DNA of 64,000 bases from Eubacteriales bacterium (GCA_045635765.1 JAZTWH010000011.1:4411-68410); one strand, 5' to 3'; positions 28,194 to 39,141 are shown, counted from the first letter of the stretch. Notes: generated from the letters alone by a model not told the origin. Made by a program: numbers and translations.

Positions 28194-30170
28194 TTATTTG
28201 AGGGGTTGGTTGGGGTGGGCTTCTGCCAAATATTCGTCAATATATCCCATCAATTGGGCCTTGGCGTCGGTGACGGAGGTCTTCTCTGCCAGGGCTCCTG
28301 CCATGGTCAGGTGGCCGCCGCCGTTTTTGAACCGTTCCAGAATCAGCTGGACGTTGACTTCGCCGTAGGACCGGCCGGAGATGTTGGTGTTGCCATTCTT
28401 GTCGGTGAACAAGGTAAAGGATGCCTTGGCGTTCTCAATAGACAGCATTTCATCCGCCGCCTGGGCCGCGGCAATCTTTAGATTTCCGTAGCCGTCTCCC
28501 GTCAGGTGGGCAATGGCAAAGTGTTTTCGGTATAACTCCGCCCCGGCCACGAATTTGACCTTGTTGCGGTAAGTCTCCATGTCGGTCTGGAAATATTGCT
28601 TGACCGCTACCGTGTCAGCCCCGGCCTTCCGCAGGGTTGCAGAGGCGTCGAAGGTGCAGGTATTGGTGCGGATGGTAAAATTCTTGGTATCCAGGCAAAT
28701 GCCGGCCATCAGTGCGTTGGCTTCGATGGCGGGGAAGGTATAAACGTCCATGTAATGGAACAGTTCCGTAACCATCTCGCAGGTGGAGGATGCGTAGGGC
28801 TCCTGATAGAGAAGTTTGGGCTCCTGGATGCAGTCCACACCCTTCCGGTGATGGTCGATGACGTAGACCGTATGTGCTTTTTTCAAAATCTCCGGGGCTA
28901 CGGTATGTTCTGCCCGATGGGTATCCACCACTACTACGGCGGTGCGTTTGCCCAAATAATCCAAAGCTTCCTTGCGGTTAATAAACCACTCGGCGTGGGT
29001 GGGGTCGGACTTCAGGTCGTGAAGCAATTTTCCCGTAAGGTCGGTGCTTTCTTCCACGATGATTTTCGCTTCGATTCCCCGTTGCGTGGCGATTCGTGCC
29101 ATGCCCACGGAGGCTCCCAAGCAGTCCATATCTCCGTAATTGTGTCCCATGATGATCATGGTGTCGATTTCCTTCAGGTGCTCGGACAGGGCGTTTGCCA
29201 TGACCCGGGTCCGTACGCGGGTTCGTCTGGCTCCGCCACTGCTCCGGCCTCCGTAGAAGGTGTATCCTCCCGAGTGCTTGACCGCCGCCTGGTCGCCGCC
29301 CCGGGACAGGGCCATATCCAAGGCTCCCCGGGCCGCTTCCTCCGCTTTTGCAAAGCTTTCCGCGTCGGCCCCGACTCCGATGGAGAGGGTGGGGGAAAGC
29401 TTCGAGGGGGTCTGCATGGTCCGGATCCGGTCCATGATATCAAAGCGGGATTTTTCAAATTCCGCCAGGGCCCGGTTCTCAAAAACAAACAAATACCGTT
29501 CCCGTTCTCCGTGACAGAGAATTCCGCCCGATTCCTGGGCCCATTCGTCGATGGTCTCGTCGATCAGTGCCATGGCGTTGGACCGTTCGGTCTCCTTCAG
29601 CCCGGTGAATACCTCGTCGTAGTTATCCACGATCAGGTGGGCTACCACCGGCCGGGAGAGGTTGTATTCCCGTTCCAGCAAATGGTGCCGGGTGGTGTCG
29701 AACAGGTAAAAGATGAACATTTCGTTGTGCTCGCCGAACTGGTAGCAGTCCATGTAGGCGGAGTAAAATTTCCCGTCAAACTTCAGCTCGGTGACCCGTT
29801 GCTCCAAAAGGTCTTTGTTCAGTTGTCGCACGTTGTGCAGAGTCAGGAGGGTGCTCTCTGCCGTGGCGTCGGTGAAGGCTTCGTTGTACCACAGAATGAT
29901 TCCCTTTTCATCGGAAATAACGATGGGGACGGGGAAATCCACAAGACGCTTTTGGGAGGTCATGTTCAGCATGTCCACGATAGCGTGGGCCAGATTCTTC
30001 TTCCGACGGCCGGCAATAAAAAGCCGGATTTCATTGACAATGATGCAAAGGGTAAACAGGATGCAAAGACAGAGCCAAACCTTACGCTCTGCCGTCCATA
30101 CGGCAAAAATGCCTGCCGGAATCAAAAACAAATAAGAAAGCCGGTCTAAAACGGGATACGATCGTTTCAT
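28194..30170 (-). CDS. gdpP: cyclic-di-AMP phosphodiesterase GdpP (2 TM, PAS-like, degenerate GGDEF, DHH/DHHA1)
   Basis: DHH motif IMGHNYGDMDCLGA, DHHA1 motif GGGHLTMAG, N-terminal TM pair, yybS-gdpP-rplI-dnaB synteny. Confidence 0.9.
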   Translation of the reverse strand: MKRSYPVLDRLSYLFLIPAGIFAVWTAERKVWLCLCILFTLCIIVNEIRLFIAGRRKKNLAHAIVDMLNMTSQKRLVDFPVPIVISDEKGIILWYNEAFTDATAESTLLTLHNVRQLNKDLLEQRVTELKFDGKFYSAYMDCYQFGEHNEMFIFYLFDTTRHHLLEREYNLSRPVVAHLIVDNYDEVFTGLKETERSNAMALIDETIDEWAQESGGILCHGERERYLFVFENRALAEFEKSRFDIMDRIRTMQTPSKLSPTLSIGVGADAESFAKAEEAARGALDMALSRGGDQAAVKHSGGYTFYGGRSSGGARRTRVRTRVMANALSEHLKEIDTMIIMGHNYGDMDCLGASVGMARIATQRGIEAKIIVEESTDLTGKLLHDLKSDPTHAEWFINRKEALDYLGKRTAVVVVDTHRAEHTVAPEILKKAHTVYVIDHHRKGVDCIQEPKLLYQEPYASSTCEMVTELFHYMDVYTFPAIEANALMAGICLDTKNFTIRTNTCTFDASATLRKAGADTVAVKQYFQTDMETYRNKVKFVAGAELYRKHFAIAHLTGDGYGNLKIAAAQAADEMLSIENAKASFTLFTDKNGNTNISGRSYGEVNVQLILERFKNGGGHLTMAGALAEKTSVTDAKAQLMGYIDEYLAEAHPNQPLK

Positions 30171-31288
30171 TGATACGTTCCTCCTCCGAAAGTTCCCCGC
30201 AGGTCACGGCCCGTGGAGAAGAGCCCTGCAATGAGCAACAGCGACCCACCGCAGGAGGATAAGCTGACCAGAACGGTAGCGATGATCAGAAATACGCGGG
30301 CGACCGTCGAACGGGCCCGGGTGTTGATAATAAAGAGGACCACGGAAAACCCGGCAAAGGTCAGGATGGCCGAAGCCACGCTAACCACGTTCATGGCCGC
30401 GATCTGCAGAACGGAGCCGGATTCCGAAAACATATTGACCAGGAGAAATACAAAATACAAAGGGGAAAGGATTCGGCCGGGACGGTATCCGTCCAGCCGG
30501 CCCATATGCTTGATCTCCACGGCGGGATCTCTTTTCAGTGCGGCCTTGGTTCCCCACCAGACGATCGTCATCAGGGTCAGGATGCCGATGGTGAAAATCG
30601 CCGGAGCAATGGACAAAAAGAGTTCAACCGCCTGGGATGCGGCTTCTTCTGCGGAAAGGGTTCCTATCAGGTTGGAAACGTCGGTTCCGTTGGGCAGGGC
30701 AATGTCTTGGGATTGGGTCAGGGTTTGGGCTTCGGTCAGCACCGCCGTCAGGGCATCCTTCAGCCGGTTTGCCACCGTCTCAAAGCAGTAGGAAAGGGAA
30801 AAGGAGTTGCCGGGAGAAGAGATGAAAACCTGAATGACCCCGGCAATGCCGGTAAAGAGGATGGAGGTGAGCAAGCCCGTCTGCAGAGAAAGCCCGAAGT
30901 CGGAACGGGTGAGGATACATCCTGCCAAGGGCAACCCCAATCCGCCCCAGGTGAACAGGGTCAGAAGGCCTATGACGGCAGACCGGGCAATCAGTCCGGC
31001 GATGAGGGCCGCAACCAGGGCCGCGACTGCCGAAGGAATGGGCACCCGGTACATATATCCTTCCAATTCCGCGGGCTCGTCTTGGGAAAATCGGGTCAAG
31101 GGATTCTTCCGACGGACGGGACGCACCTCGGTCCCACAGACCAATCCTGCGGCCAAAAAGACGTTGGCTCCCAAACAGCAGGCCAGCCAGGTGCCCAACA
31201 GCCCCAGAAACAGAGCCCCCGTCCCGCATAGAGCGATAGCACTTCCGATCAGGGGATATGCAATTTTAAAATTTTTCGTTTGACTCAT
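30167..31288 (-). CDS. YybS-family (DUF2232) integral membrane protein
   Basis: Polytopic membrane protein immediately upstream of, and overlapping, gdpP, as in Bacillus yybS-yybT. Confidence 0.75.
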   Translation of the reverse strand: MSQTKNFKIAYPLIGSAIALCGTGALFLGLLGTWLACCLGANVFLAAGLVCGTEVRPVRRKNPLTRFSQDEPAELEGYMYRVPIPSAVAALVAALIAGLIARSAVIGLLTLFTWGGLGLPLAGCILTRSDFGLSLQTGLLTSILFTGIAGVIQVFISSPGNSFSLSYCFETVANRLKDALTAVLTEAQTLTQSQDIALPNGTDVSNLIGTLSAEEAASQAVELFLSIAPAIFTIGILTLMTIVWWGTKAALKRDPAVEIKHMGRLDGYRPGRILSPLYFVFLLVNMFSESGSVLQIAAMNVVSVASAILTFAGFSVVLFIINTRARSTVARVFLIIATVLVSLSSCGGSLLLIAGLFSTGRDLRGTFGGGTYQ

Positions 31289-31485
31289 GAGAAAAAAACT
31301 CCTGTCTATGCCCGCTTCACGCGGGCGTACGCGAGTGAATATGCTATAGAGTATTAAACATTATACTATACAATAAAGCCCTTGTCAATACCGTCGGGAC
31401 AAAAACCATAAAATGTTTGGAAAATGATAACCGTTTCCCCACGGTAGTTTCAAGAAAATGACACAAACAATTCACAGTTTATCCA

Positions 31486-31514
31486 TTGAATTCCTTCCAA
31501 TTTATGGCTATAAT
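31486..31514 (+). promoter_or_regulatory. groESL sigma-A promoter TTGAAT-N17-TATAAT
   Basis: TTGAAT 31486-31491, 17-nt spacer, TATAAT 31509-31514. Confidence 0.7.
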
Positions 31515-31518
31515 AGTT

Positions 31519-31545
31519 TTAGCACTTCATGTGTGAGAGTGCTAA
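31519..31545 (+). promoter_or_regulatory. CIRCE operator (HrcA binding site)
   Basis: TTAGCACTT-N9-GAGTGCTAA compared with the consensus TTAGCACTC-N9-GAGTGCTAA, directly downstream of the -10 box. Confidence 0.9.
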
Positions 31546-31553
31546 TCGCATGA

Positions 31554-33530
<1,977 letters not shown>

Positions 33531-33550
33531 TCCAACAGATTCAATGCCGA

Positions 33551-33587
33551 AAACCGCTTCTCCGTCCCCGGAGAAGCGGTTTCTTTA
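33551..33587 (+). terminator. groESL intrinsic terminator
   Basis: AAACCGCTTCTCC-GTCCCC-GGAGAAGCGGTTT followed by CTTT. Confidence 0.75.
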
Positions 33588-33682
33588 TGCCCCCTGCCGC
33601 CGCCTCACCCCCCCCACTCCTCTCCGTTCCGGTCTTTTTTGAGGGGGAATAAATTGTTAAATTGTTTCTTCTTTGACTACAC

Positions 33683-33711
33683 TTGACAACGGGTGGTATT
33701 TATGGTATAAT
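33683..33711 (+). promoter_or_regulatory. perfect sigma-A promoter TTGACA-N17-TATAAT
   Basis: TTGACA 33683-33688, 17-nt spacer, TATAAT 33706-33711. This gives a leader of about 205 nt before the CorC/HlyC gene. Confidence 0.75.
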
Positions 33712-33717
33712 AAGACT

Positions 33718-33885
33718 CAACGACGGAGAAGCATCTCCGAACAACGAAAGAGACGGTGAAAGCGGAATGGACGATTGCGGCAGTAGGGCGGGGCAGCCCC
33801 CCAACCCTTCGGGTGCATACCATCTGCTTTTGTAAGTGAATACGGGCATATCCGAGGATTTGGATATGTCCGTTTGTCGTTTTTA
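33718..33885 (+). promoter_or_regulatory. structured 5' leader ending in an intrinsic terminator (candidate riboswitch/attenuator, class unassigned)
   Basis: Hairpin CGGAGA-AGCA-TCTCCG, the motif GACGGTGAAAGCGGAATGGAC, GC-rich helix GGGCGGGGCAGCCCCCC, and terminator ACGGGCATATCC-GAGGATTT-GGATATGTCCGT plus TTGTCGTTTTT (33842-33885), located 37 nt before the start codon. Confidence 0.5.
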
Positions 33886-33922
33886 AATTGATTTTTACGA
33901 AGGAATTGAGGATATTTTTATT

Positions 33923-35224
33923 ATGCTTGGAGCGATACTGCTACAAATTTTTCTAATCGTGCTCAACGCAATTTTTGCCAGTGCGGAGACGGCGATGATT
34001 TCGTCCAACGCCGCCCGGATCGAGCACCTTGCCGCCGAGGGGGATAAACGGGCCAAGCGGCTGTTGTCTCTCACCGCAAACCCTTCCCGCTTTTTATCGA
34101 CGGTGCAGGTCGCCATTACCCTGGCCGGATTCCTGGGAAGTGCTTATGCCGCCGAGAACTTTGCGGAGCCCCTGGTGGGGGTTCTGTTGGGGCTGGGGGT
34201 TCCCCTTTCGGAGGGGGTCCTGGATTCGGTCTGCGTTTTCCTGATCACCATTCTGCTGTCCTATTTCAGCATCGTGTTCGGGGAACTGGTGCCCAAACGG
34301 GTTTCACTGAAGGATCCCGATCAATCGGCACTGCGTCTTTCCGGCCTTCTTTACTTCGTTTCCTGCATCTTCCTTCCCTTCGTGTGGATTTTGACCAAAT
34401 CCACCAACGGGGTCTTGCGGATGATGCGGATTGACCCCGATGAATCCGACGACGAGGTAACGGAAGAAGAAATTCGCATGATGTTGGAATCGGGAAGCGA
34501 AAAGGGCACCATCGATAAGGCGGAGACCGAGATGATCCGCAATATTTTTGAGTTCGACGATACGGATCTGAGTGAAATTTGCACCCATCGGCGGGACGTT
34601 GTGATTTTGTACGAAGAGGAAAGTGCGGAGACCTGGAAGAAGATTCTTCACGAGACCCGGTTCTCCTTCTATCCCATCTGCGGAGAGACCGCCGACGATA
34701 TTCGGGGCGTTTTGGATGCGGATAAATTTTTCCGTGCCGCCGGCGAGATGGATTTTGAATCCGCCGTGGCCGCCGCCCGGATCAAGCCCATGTTTGTGCC
34801 CGAACACGGGAAGGCGGACGTCTTGTTCTCCAAAATGAAGGAAACGGGAGAGACCTTCGCCGTTTTGATCGACGAATACGGTGGAATGCAGGGTGTGGTC
34901 ACCTTTTACGATCTGTTGGACTGCCTTGTGGGGAATCTGCGGGGCCGGGAGGCGGAGGAGATCCGCTTCGGCGGAGAAGACCGGTGGATCGTCTCCGGGT
35001 CTGCGTCCCCTGCGTCCGTGGCGGAAGCCCTTGGGGTGGAATTGGACGCGGAGGGCTATGAAACCTTTGGCGGGTACGTGCTGGATCTTTTGGGCACCAT
35101 TCCCGAAGACGGTTCCACCCCCGCCACCGAAACCGACGCCTTGCAGTTGCAGGTGACAAAGGTCTCCGACCGCCGCATTGAATCGGTGACCGTGACCAAA
35201 AAAAACCGAATGGAAGAAGCCTGA
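33923..35224 (+). CDS. HlyC/CorC (CNNM) family transporter: DUF21 membrane domain, CBS pair, CorC_HlyC domain
   Basis: N-terminus ILLQIFLIVLNAIFASAETAMIS... (DUF21), a central CBS pair, and a C-terminal CorC_HlyC-like domain (GGYVLDLLGTIPEDG...). Confidence 0.85.
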   Translation: MLGAILLQIFLIVLNAIFASAETAMISSNAARIEHLAAEGDKRAKRLLSLTANPSRFLSTVQVAITLAGFLGSAYAAENFAEPLVGVLLGLGVPLSEGVLDSVCVFLITILLSYFSIVFGELVPKRVSLKDPDQSALRLSGLLYFVSCIFLPFVWILTKSTNGVLRMMRIDPDESDDEVTEEEIRMMLESGSEKGTIDKAETEMIRNIFEFDDTDLSEICTHRRDVVILYEEESAETWKKILHETRFSFYPICGETADDIRGVLDADKFFRAAGEMDFESAVAAARIKPMFVPEHGKADVLFSKMKETGETFAVLIDEYGGMQGVVTFYDLLDCLVGNLRGREAEEIRFGGEDRWIVSGSASPASVAEALGVELDAEGYETFGGYVLDLLGTIPEDGSTPATETDALQLQVTKVSDRRIESVTVTKKNRMEEA

Positions 35225-35299
35225 CCTTTTATTTTCGCACATTTTTCCTCCCGTTTCCCATTCGGAAGCCCTCGAACGGAAGAGAAAAAAGGGGAATTC

Positions 35300-35328
35300 T
35301 TGACAAATTTGTAGAATTGTGGTACAAT
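35300..35328 (+). promoter_or_regulatory. sigma-A promoter TTGACA-N17-TACAAT with TG extension
   Basis: TTGACA 35300-35305. TGgTACAAT ends at 35328. Confidence 0.65.
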
Positions 35329-35384
35329 GAAAAAGGAAAAACCAAAAAGCAGTCCTATAACTTAGAAAAAGAGGAGGATTTTTT

Positions 35385-35909
35385 ATGAATGACATGATTC
35401 AATCCGCATATCCCAAAGGAGGGATGGCCCAGCCCGGGTTTGGAGGGGGAGCTTCCGAAAGCGTGGCCGGAATTCTTGGTATCATTTTTATTGTGTTAGG
35501 CATCGCCATTGCCCTTGCCGCCGTAGTTTTCTGGATTATTTCCTGGTGGCGGATCTATACCAAGGCCGGAAGACCCGGTTGGGCGAATCTGATTCCCGTG
35601 TACTGTTACGTTGAGCTGTTTCAGGTTGCTTGGGGGAATGGGGCCTACTTCCTGTTCATGCTGATCCCAGGGGTAAATATTCTCGTGGCCATTCTCACCG
35701 TCCAGAAATTGTCCGAGTCCTTTGGTCACGGCCTTGGCTTTACCCTCGGTCTGTTCTTTTTCCCCTACATCTTTGTCCTCATTTTGGGATTGGGAAAATC
35801 TAAGCACGTCCGCTATCAGAAGAAATTAGCGGAAACGGCTTTATTGCAGGGCCAGGGAACGGCCGGTGCCCCGTCAGAAGAGGGCAATGTCCCTGTTTCT
35901 TTGGGATAA
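35385..35909 (+). CDS. DUF5684-like small membrane protein
   Basis: WWRIYTKAGRPGWANLIPVYCYVELFQVAWGNG motif typical of this family. 4 hydrophobic segments. Confidence 0.65.
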   Translation: MNDMIQSAYPKGGMAQPGFGGGASESVAGILGIIFIVLGIAIALAAVVFWIISWWRIYTKAGRPGWANLIPVYCYVELFQVAWGNGAYFLFMLIPGVNILVAILTVQKLSESFGHGLGFTLGLFFFPYIFVLILGLGKSKHVRYQKKLAETALLQGQGTAGAPSEEGNVPVSLG

Positions 35910-35931
35910 TCCGTCCCCGTAAAATTGTAGT

Positions 35932-35962
35932 GGGAGACCGCCTTTTGCGGTCTCCCTTTTTC
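35932..35962 (+). terminator. intrinsic terminator
   Basis: GGGAGACCGC-CTTTTG-GCGGTCTCCC followed by TTTTT. Confidence 0.8.
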
Positions 35963-35964
35963 TC

Positions 35965-36180
35965 AAAATAAGATCAGCAGGGAGCATTACGGCTTCCTGC
36001 TGATCTTGGATTTTCTATGAAAAAATTCTTTGTTTGTGGGCGGTTACGATTGCCGTCCCTAAGAACGGCAACCATAAACACCCAAACACACAACAAACAT
36101 CACAAGGAGTAAGTGGCGGAGAACAAAAGTTTTGCTGGCGAAGGACTCCCCGTGCGTGTGTTTGGCCCTTTCATTCTCTA
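35965..36180 (-). ncRNA. candidate stand-alone small RNA (about 215 nt) with its own consensus promoter and terminator; class unknown
   Basis: Minus strand has TTGACA (36214-36209), 17 nt, TATAAT (36191-36186). The transcript contains a long imperfect rod (CCAAACACAC...CACGGGGAGU...ACUCCUUGUG...GUGUGUUUGG), a second hairpin (GGUUGCCGU-UCUUAGGG-ACGGCAAUC) and a terminal hairpin AGAUCAGCAGG...CCUGCUGAUCU plus UAUUUU (35971-36006). No downstream gene lies on that strand. Confidence 0.4.
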
Positions 36181-36185
36181 CGGCT

Positions 36186-36214
36186 ATTATACCCTATTTT
36201 CCGTTGATTGTCAA
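36186..36214 (-). promoter_or_regulatory. perfect sigma-A promoter TTGACA-N17-TATAAT with no downstream CDS
   Basis: Reverse complement of 36181-36220 is TCCCTCTTGACAATCAACGGAAAATAGGGTATAATAGCCG. Confidence 0.65.
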
Positions 36215-36242
36215 GAGGGAGGGGCGATTCTTCACGAAATAG

Positions 36243-37367
36243 TCAATTTTTCCAAATTCCGGAGATGTCCAGGAGGTTTTCGATTCCGAACCGGCGTTTG
36301 ATCAGTTCCAAAAACAACAGACCGCAGGCAAAGGCGTCGGCACTGGACCGGTGGGCACCGGAAAACAAAATAGCACAGTATTTGCAGGCCTCGGAGAGCT
36401 TGTAACCGGGAAGTTTATTTCCTTCCTTGTCCCGAAGAAGCTCTCGGGCAAGGGGCAAGGTGTCAAAGACCTGCCTTCCGGCGGTGGGAAACCCTTCCTT
36501 TGCCAGCATCCGCAGATCGAAGGGGGCGTTGTGGGCTACCAAGGGGAATCGGTCGGTAAATTCGTCCAAGGCCGGGATGATTTCGGCAAAGCGAGGTGCT
36601 TGACGAACCATTTCGTTGGTGATCCCGTTGACGGCGGTGGCCTCGGGGGAGATGCGGCGGTAGGGCTTGCACAAGGTTTCCCACAGGGCCGTAGGGCGGA
36701 ACCCTTCAAATTTGACGGCGGATACCTCCACGATCTCCGCACTTGTCCCCAAGGACGAGGTCTCAGTGTCGATGGCGACGAAATTTCCCAGCTCCCAAGG
36801 GGTGCATCCGGCAAAGGTTTTCAGGATCACACACTCCGGCTTCCCCGGGGGTGCATCGCAGGGGATTCGCTGGATGGAAACTGACGGAAGGGCGGAAAAC
36901 ATACACTCAAATTCCGCCAGATAATAATCCACCACATTGTATTCGGAGGGATAGGTGTCGTGGGCCGTGGTCAGATACCGATGGACGACCTTTTCCGCAT
37001 CAAGCAGCGGCCCCTTCCGGGATCGGGTCGAATGAATAGAGGGGGCCGCAGCGAGAATGGAATCCCCGGAGTGGGAGACAGAAACGGAAGCCGCGGAAGT
37101 ACCGGCTTTGGAATGAGAGGCAGAAACGGAAGCCGCGGAAGTACCGGCTCGGGCTCCGGAATGAGAGACAGAAACGGAAGCCGCGGAACCCCCGGCTTTG
37201 GAATGGGAGATGAAAGAATGGGAGACGGAAACGCCGGCTTTGGAATGGGTTGCGGAGGGAGCGTCTTTTTGGTTTCGTGGAAGGGATTTTTGGCAAAGGA
37301 TGCAAAGCCCCCGGTCGTCTACCGTGACAAAGGGGCCCGAGATTCCGCAACGGATACATTTACCCAT
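36243..37367 (-). CDS. DEDDh 3'-5' exonuclease domain protein with N-terminal zinc ribbon and Ser/Ala-rich tandem repeats
   Basis: CIRCG...CILCQ zinc ribbon. Repeats (SHSKAGTSAASVSV) x about 4. Exo motifs FVAIDTETSS, VAHNAPFDLRML and GAHRSSADA. The start overlaps the ABC gene stop by 8 nt. Confidence 0.8.
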   Translation of the reverse strand: MGKCIRCGISGPFVTVDDRGLCILCQKSLPRNQKDAPSATHSKAGVSVSHSFISHSKAGGSAASVSVSHSGARAGTSAASVSASHSKAGTSAASVSVSHSGDSILAAAPSIHSTRSRKGPLLDAEKVVHRYLTTAHDTYPSEYNVVDYYLAEFECMFSALPSVSIQRIPCDAPPGKPECVILKTFAGCTPWELGNFVAIDTETSSLGTSAEIVEVSAVKFEGFRPTALWETLCKPYRRISPEATAVNGITNEMVRQAPRFAEIIPALDEFTDRFPLVAHNAPFDLRMLAKEGFPTAGRQVFDTLPLARELLRDKEGNKLPGYKLSEACKYCAILFSGAHRSSADAFACGLLFLELIKRRFGIENLLDISGIWKN

Positions 37368-39114
37368 GAAGGTCTCCTTGCTCCGGATCTTCTTCCCGGA
37401 ATTGGGAACGGTACAGTTCGGCGTAGATGCCGTTTTTCTCCAGAAGCTGTTGGTGGTTGCCCCGTTCGGCCACTCCGTCTGCAGTCAGGACGATGATCTC
37501 GTCGGCGTTCTTGACGGTAGACAGCCGGTGGGCTACGATCAGGCCGGTCCGCCCTTGGCTCAGTTTGTCCAACGCCCGGCGGATCTGTTGCTCGGTCACG
37601 TTGTCCAGGGCAGACGTGGCTTCATCCAAAATCAGGATGGCGGGGTCCTTCAGAAAGACCCGGGCAATGGAAATCCGTTGCTTTTGTCCCCCGGACAGCT
37701 TTACGCCCCGTTCTCCCACGTTTGTGTCATAGCCCTGGGGCAGGGCTGTAACGAAGTCGTGAATTTCTGCTTTTTTCGCCGCTTCAATAATTTCTTCTTC
37801 CGTGGCGTCGGGCTTCCCAAATCGGATATTGTCCCGGACGGTTCCCTCAAACAGAAATACGTCTTGGGCCACGGTTCCGATGTTTTTCCGCAGATCTTTG
37901 CGACGCAGACGGCGGATGTCCCGGCCGTCGAGGGTAATGGTCCCTCCGTCGATTTCATAGAATCGGGGGATCAGATTGCACAGGGTGGTCTTTCCTCCCC
38001 CCGACGGTCCCACCAGGGCCACGGTACGGCCGGCGGCAATGGTGAGGGACAGATTCTCGATCACCGGCTTTTCTTCCCCTTCCCGATAAGAGAAGGACAC
38101 GTTGTCAAAGCGGATCTCCCCCCGGACTTCGCCCAATTCTTCGGGGTCGTTACAGTCCTTTTCCGGCTCCTGGTCCATGATTTCCCGGAACCGGGCAAAG
38201 CCGGTCATGCCGTTTTGCAGCTGCTCAAAAATGTTGATCAGCTTTTTAATGGGGTCCAAAAACATGGAAATGTAGAGCAGAAACGCCGCAAATTCTCCGG
38301 GGTCGATCTCCTCCTTCAGGAAAAAGATCCCGGCGGCCACGAGGGTAAGTAAATACAACAGATCGGTCATCAGCCCCATGCCGGAAAAGAAGATCCCCAT
38401 AATGCGGTACGACAGCTTTCGTGCATGGCGGAACCGATCGTTGGCCCGGTCGAATTTCTCTTGCTCCGAATCTTCTGCGGTGTAGGATTTTGAAACCCGG
38501 ATCCCGGAAATGGAAGTCTCCAGCTCCCCGTTGACCGAAGCAATCTCTTCCCGGGAAAGCTTGAAGGCACGCATCATTTCCTTGCGGGTAACCACCGCAA
38601 ACAAAATGACGAAGGGAATGGCGGCATAAACGATCAGAGTGAGACGCCAATCAATGTCCATCATGATAAAGAAGGCCCCGATGAGGGACAAAAGGGACAG
38701 GAACAGGTCCTCCGGGCCGTGATGGGCCAATTCCGAAATATCCTGCAGATCGTTGGTCACCCGGGACATCAGCGAGCCGGTCTTGTTATTGTCAAAAAAG
38801 GAGAAGGGCAGCGACTGCATTTTGCGGAACAGATCGCTCCGCATATCTCCCTGCATCCCGACCCCCACCAAATGGCCCCAATACTGAATTACAAAGTTCA
38901 GCAACGCCTTGACCACGTAAATGGCCAACAGAATCCCGCCCCACAGGAGAATCATCTGCAAATTCTTTTGGGGGACGTAAATGTTAATAATATCCTTGGC
39001 CAAATAGGGATAGATCAGATTGCAGGCCGAAACCAGCAACGCACACACCATATCAATGAAAAACATCTTCCGATAAGGCTTGTAATAAGAAATAAAATTC
39101 CGTAACATCGGCAC
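37360..39114 (-). CDS. ABC transporter, fused permease/ATPase (exporter type, MsbA/MDR-like)
   Basis: 6-TM N-terminal domain. Walker A GPSGGGKTT, signature LSGGQKQRISIAR, Walker B ILILDEATSALD. Confidence 0.9.
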   Translation of the reverse strand: MPMLRNFISYYKPYRKMFFIDMVCALLVSACNLIYPYLAKDIINIYVPQKNLQMILLWGGILLAIYVVKALLNFVIQYWGHLVGVGMQGDMRSDLFRKMQSLPFSFFDNNKTGSLMSRVTNDLQDISELAHHGPEDLFLSLLSLIGAFFIMMDIDWRLTLIVYAAIPFVILFAVVTRKEMMRAFKLSREEIASVNGELETSISGIRVSKSYTAEDSEQEKFDRANDRFRHARKLSYRIMGIFFSGMGLMTDLLYLLTLVAAGIFFLKEEIDPGEFAAFLLYISMFLDPIKKLINIFEQLQNGMTGFARFREIMDQEPEKDCNDPEELGEVRGEIRFDNVSFSYREGEEKPVIENLSLTIAAGRTVALVGPSGGGKTTLCNLIPRFYEIDGGTITLDGRDIRRLRRKDLRKNIGTVAQDVFLFEGTVRDNIRFGKPDATEEEIIEAAKKAEIHDFVTALPQGYDTNVGERGVKLSGGQKQRISIARVFLKDPAILILDEATSALDNVTEQQIRRALDKLSQGRTGLIVAHRLSTVKNADEIIVLTADGVAERGNHQQLLEKNGIYAELYRSQFREEDPEQGDLHG

Positions 39115-39141
39115 TGTACCTTTCTTTTTTTATACCTTAAT

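Noticed and set aside
33718-33885. Assignment of the CorC leader to a specific known riboswitch class (M-box, yybP-ykoY, ydaO/c-di-AMP, ykkC).
   Set aside because: I could not find the diagnostic conserved cores (for example GGGGAGUAG for yybP-ykoY, or the paired ACGGGG/CCCA elements of ydaO). It is left as an unassigned attenuator candidate.
35965-36180. Calling the orphan RNA 6S RNA or SRP RNA.
   Set aside because: There is no SRP domain IV motif (GGAA/AGCA loops). I could not form the long closing stem between the 5' and 3' ends, or the central bubble, expected for 6S RNA. It needs a covariance-model search.
36113-36301. Plus-strand 62-aa ORF (GTG start near AAGGAG) in the convergent gap, as an alternative explanation of the orphan region.
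   Set aside because: The spacing between AGGAG and the GTG is only about 3 nt. The ORF runs into the exonuclease gene on the opposite strand, has no plus-strand promoter and has no recognisable family. The consensus promoter and the terminator are on the minus strand.
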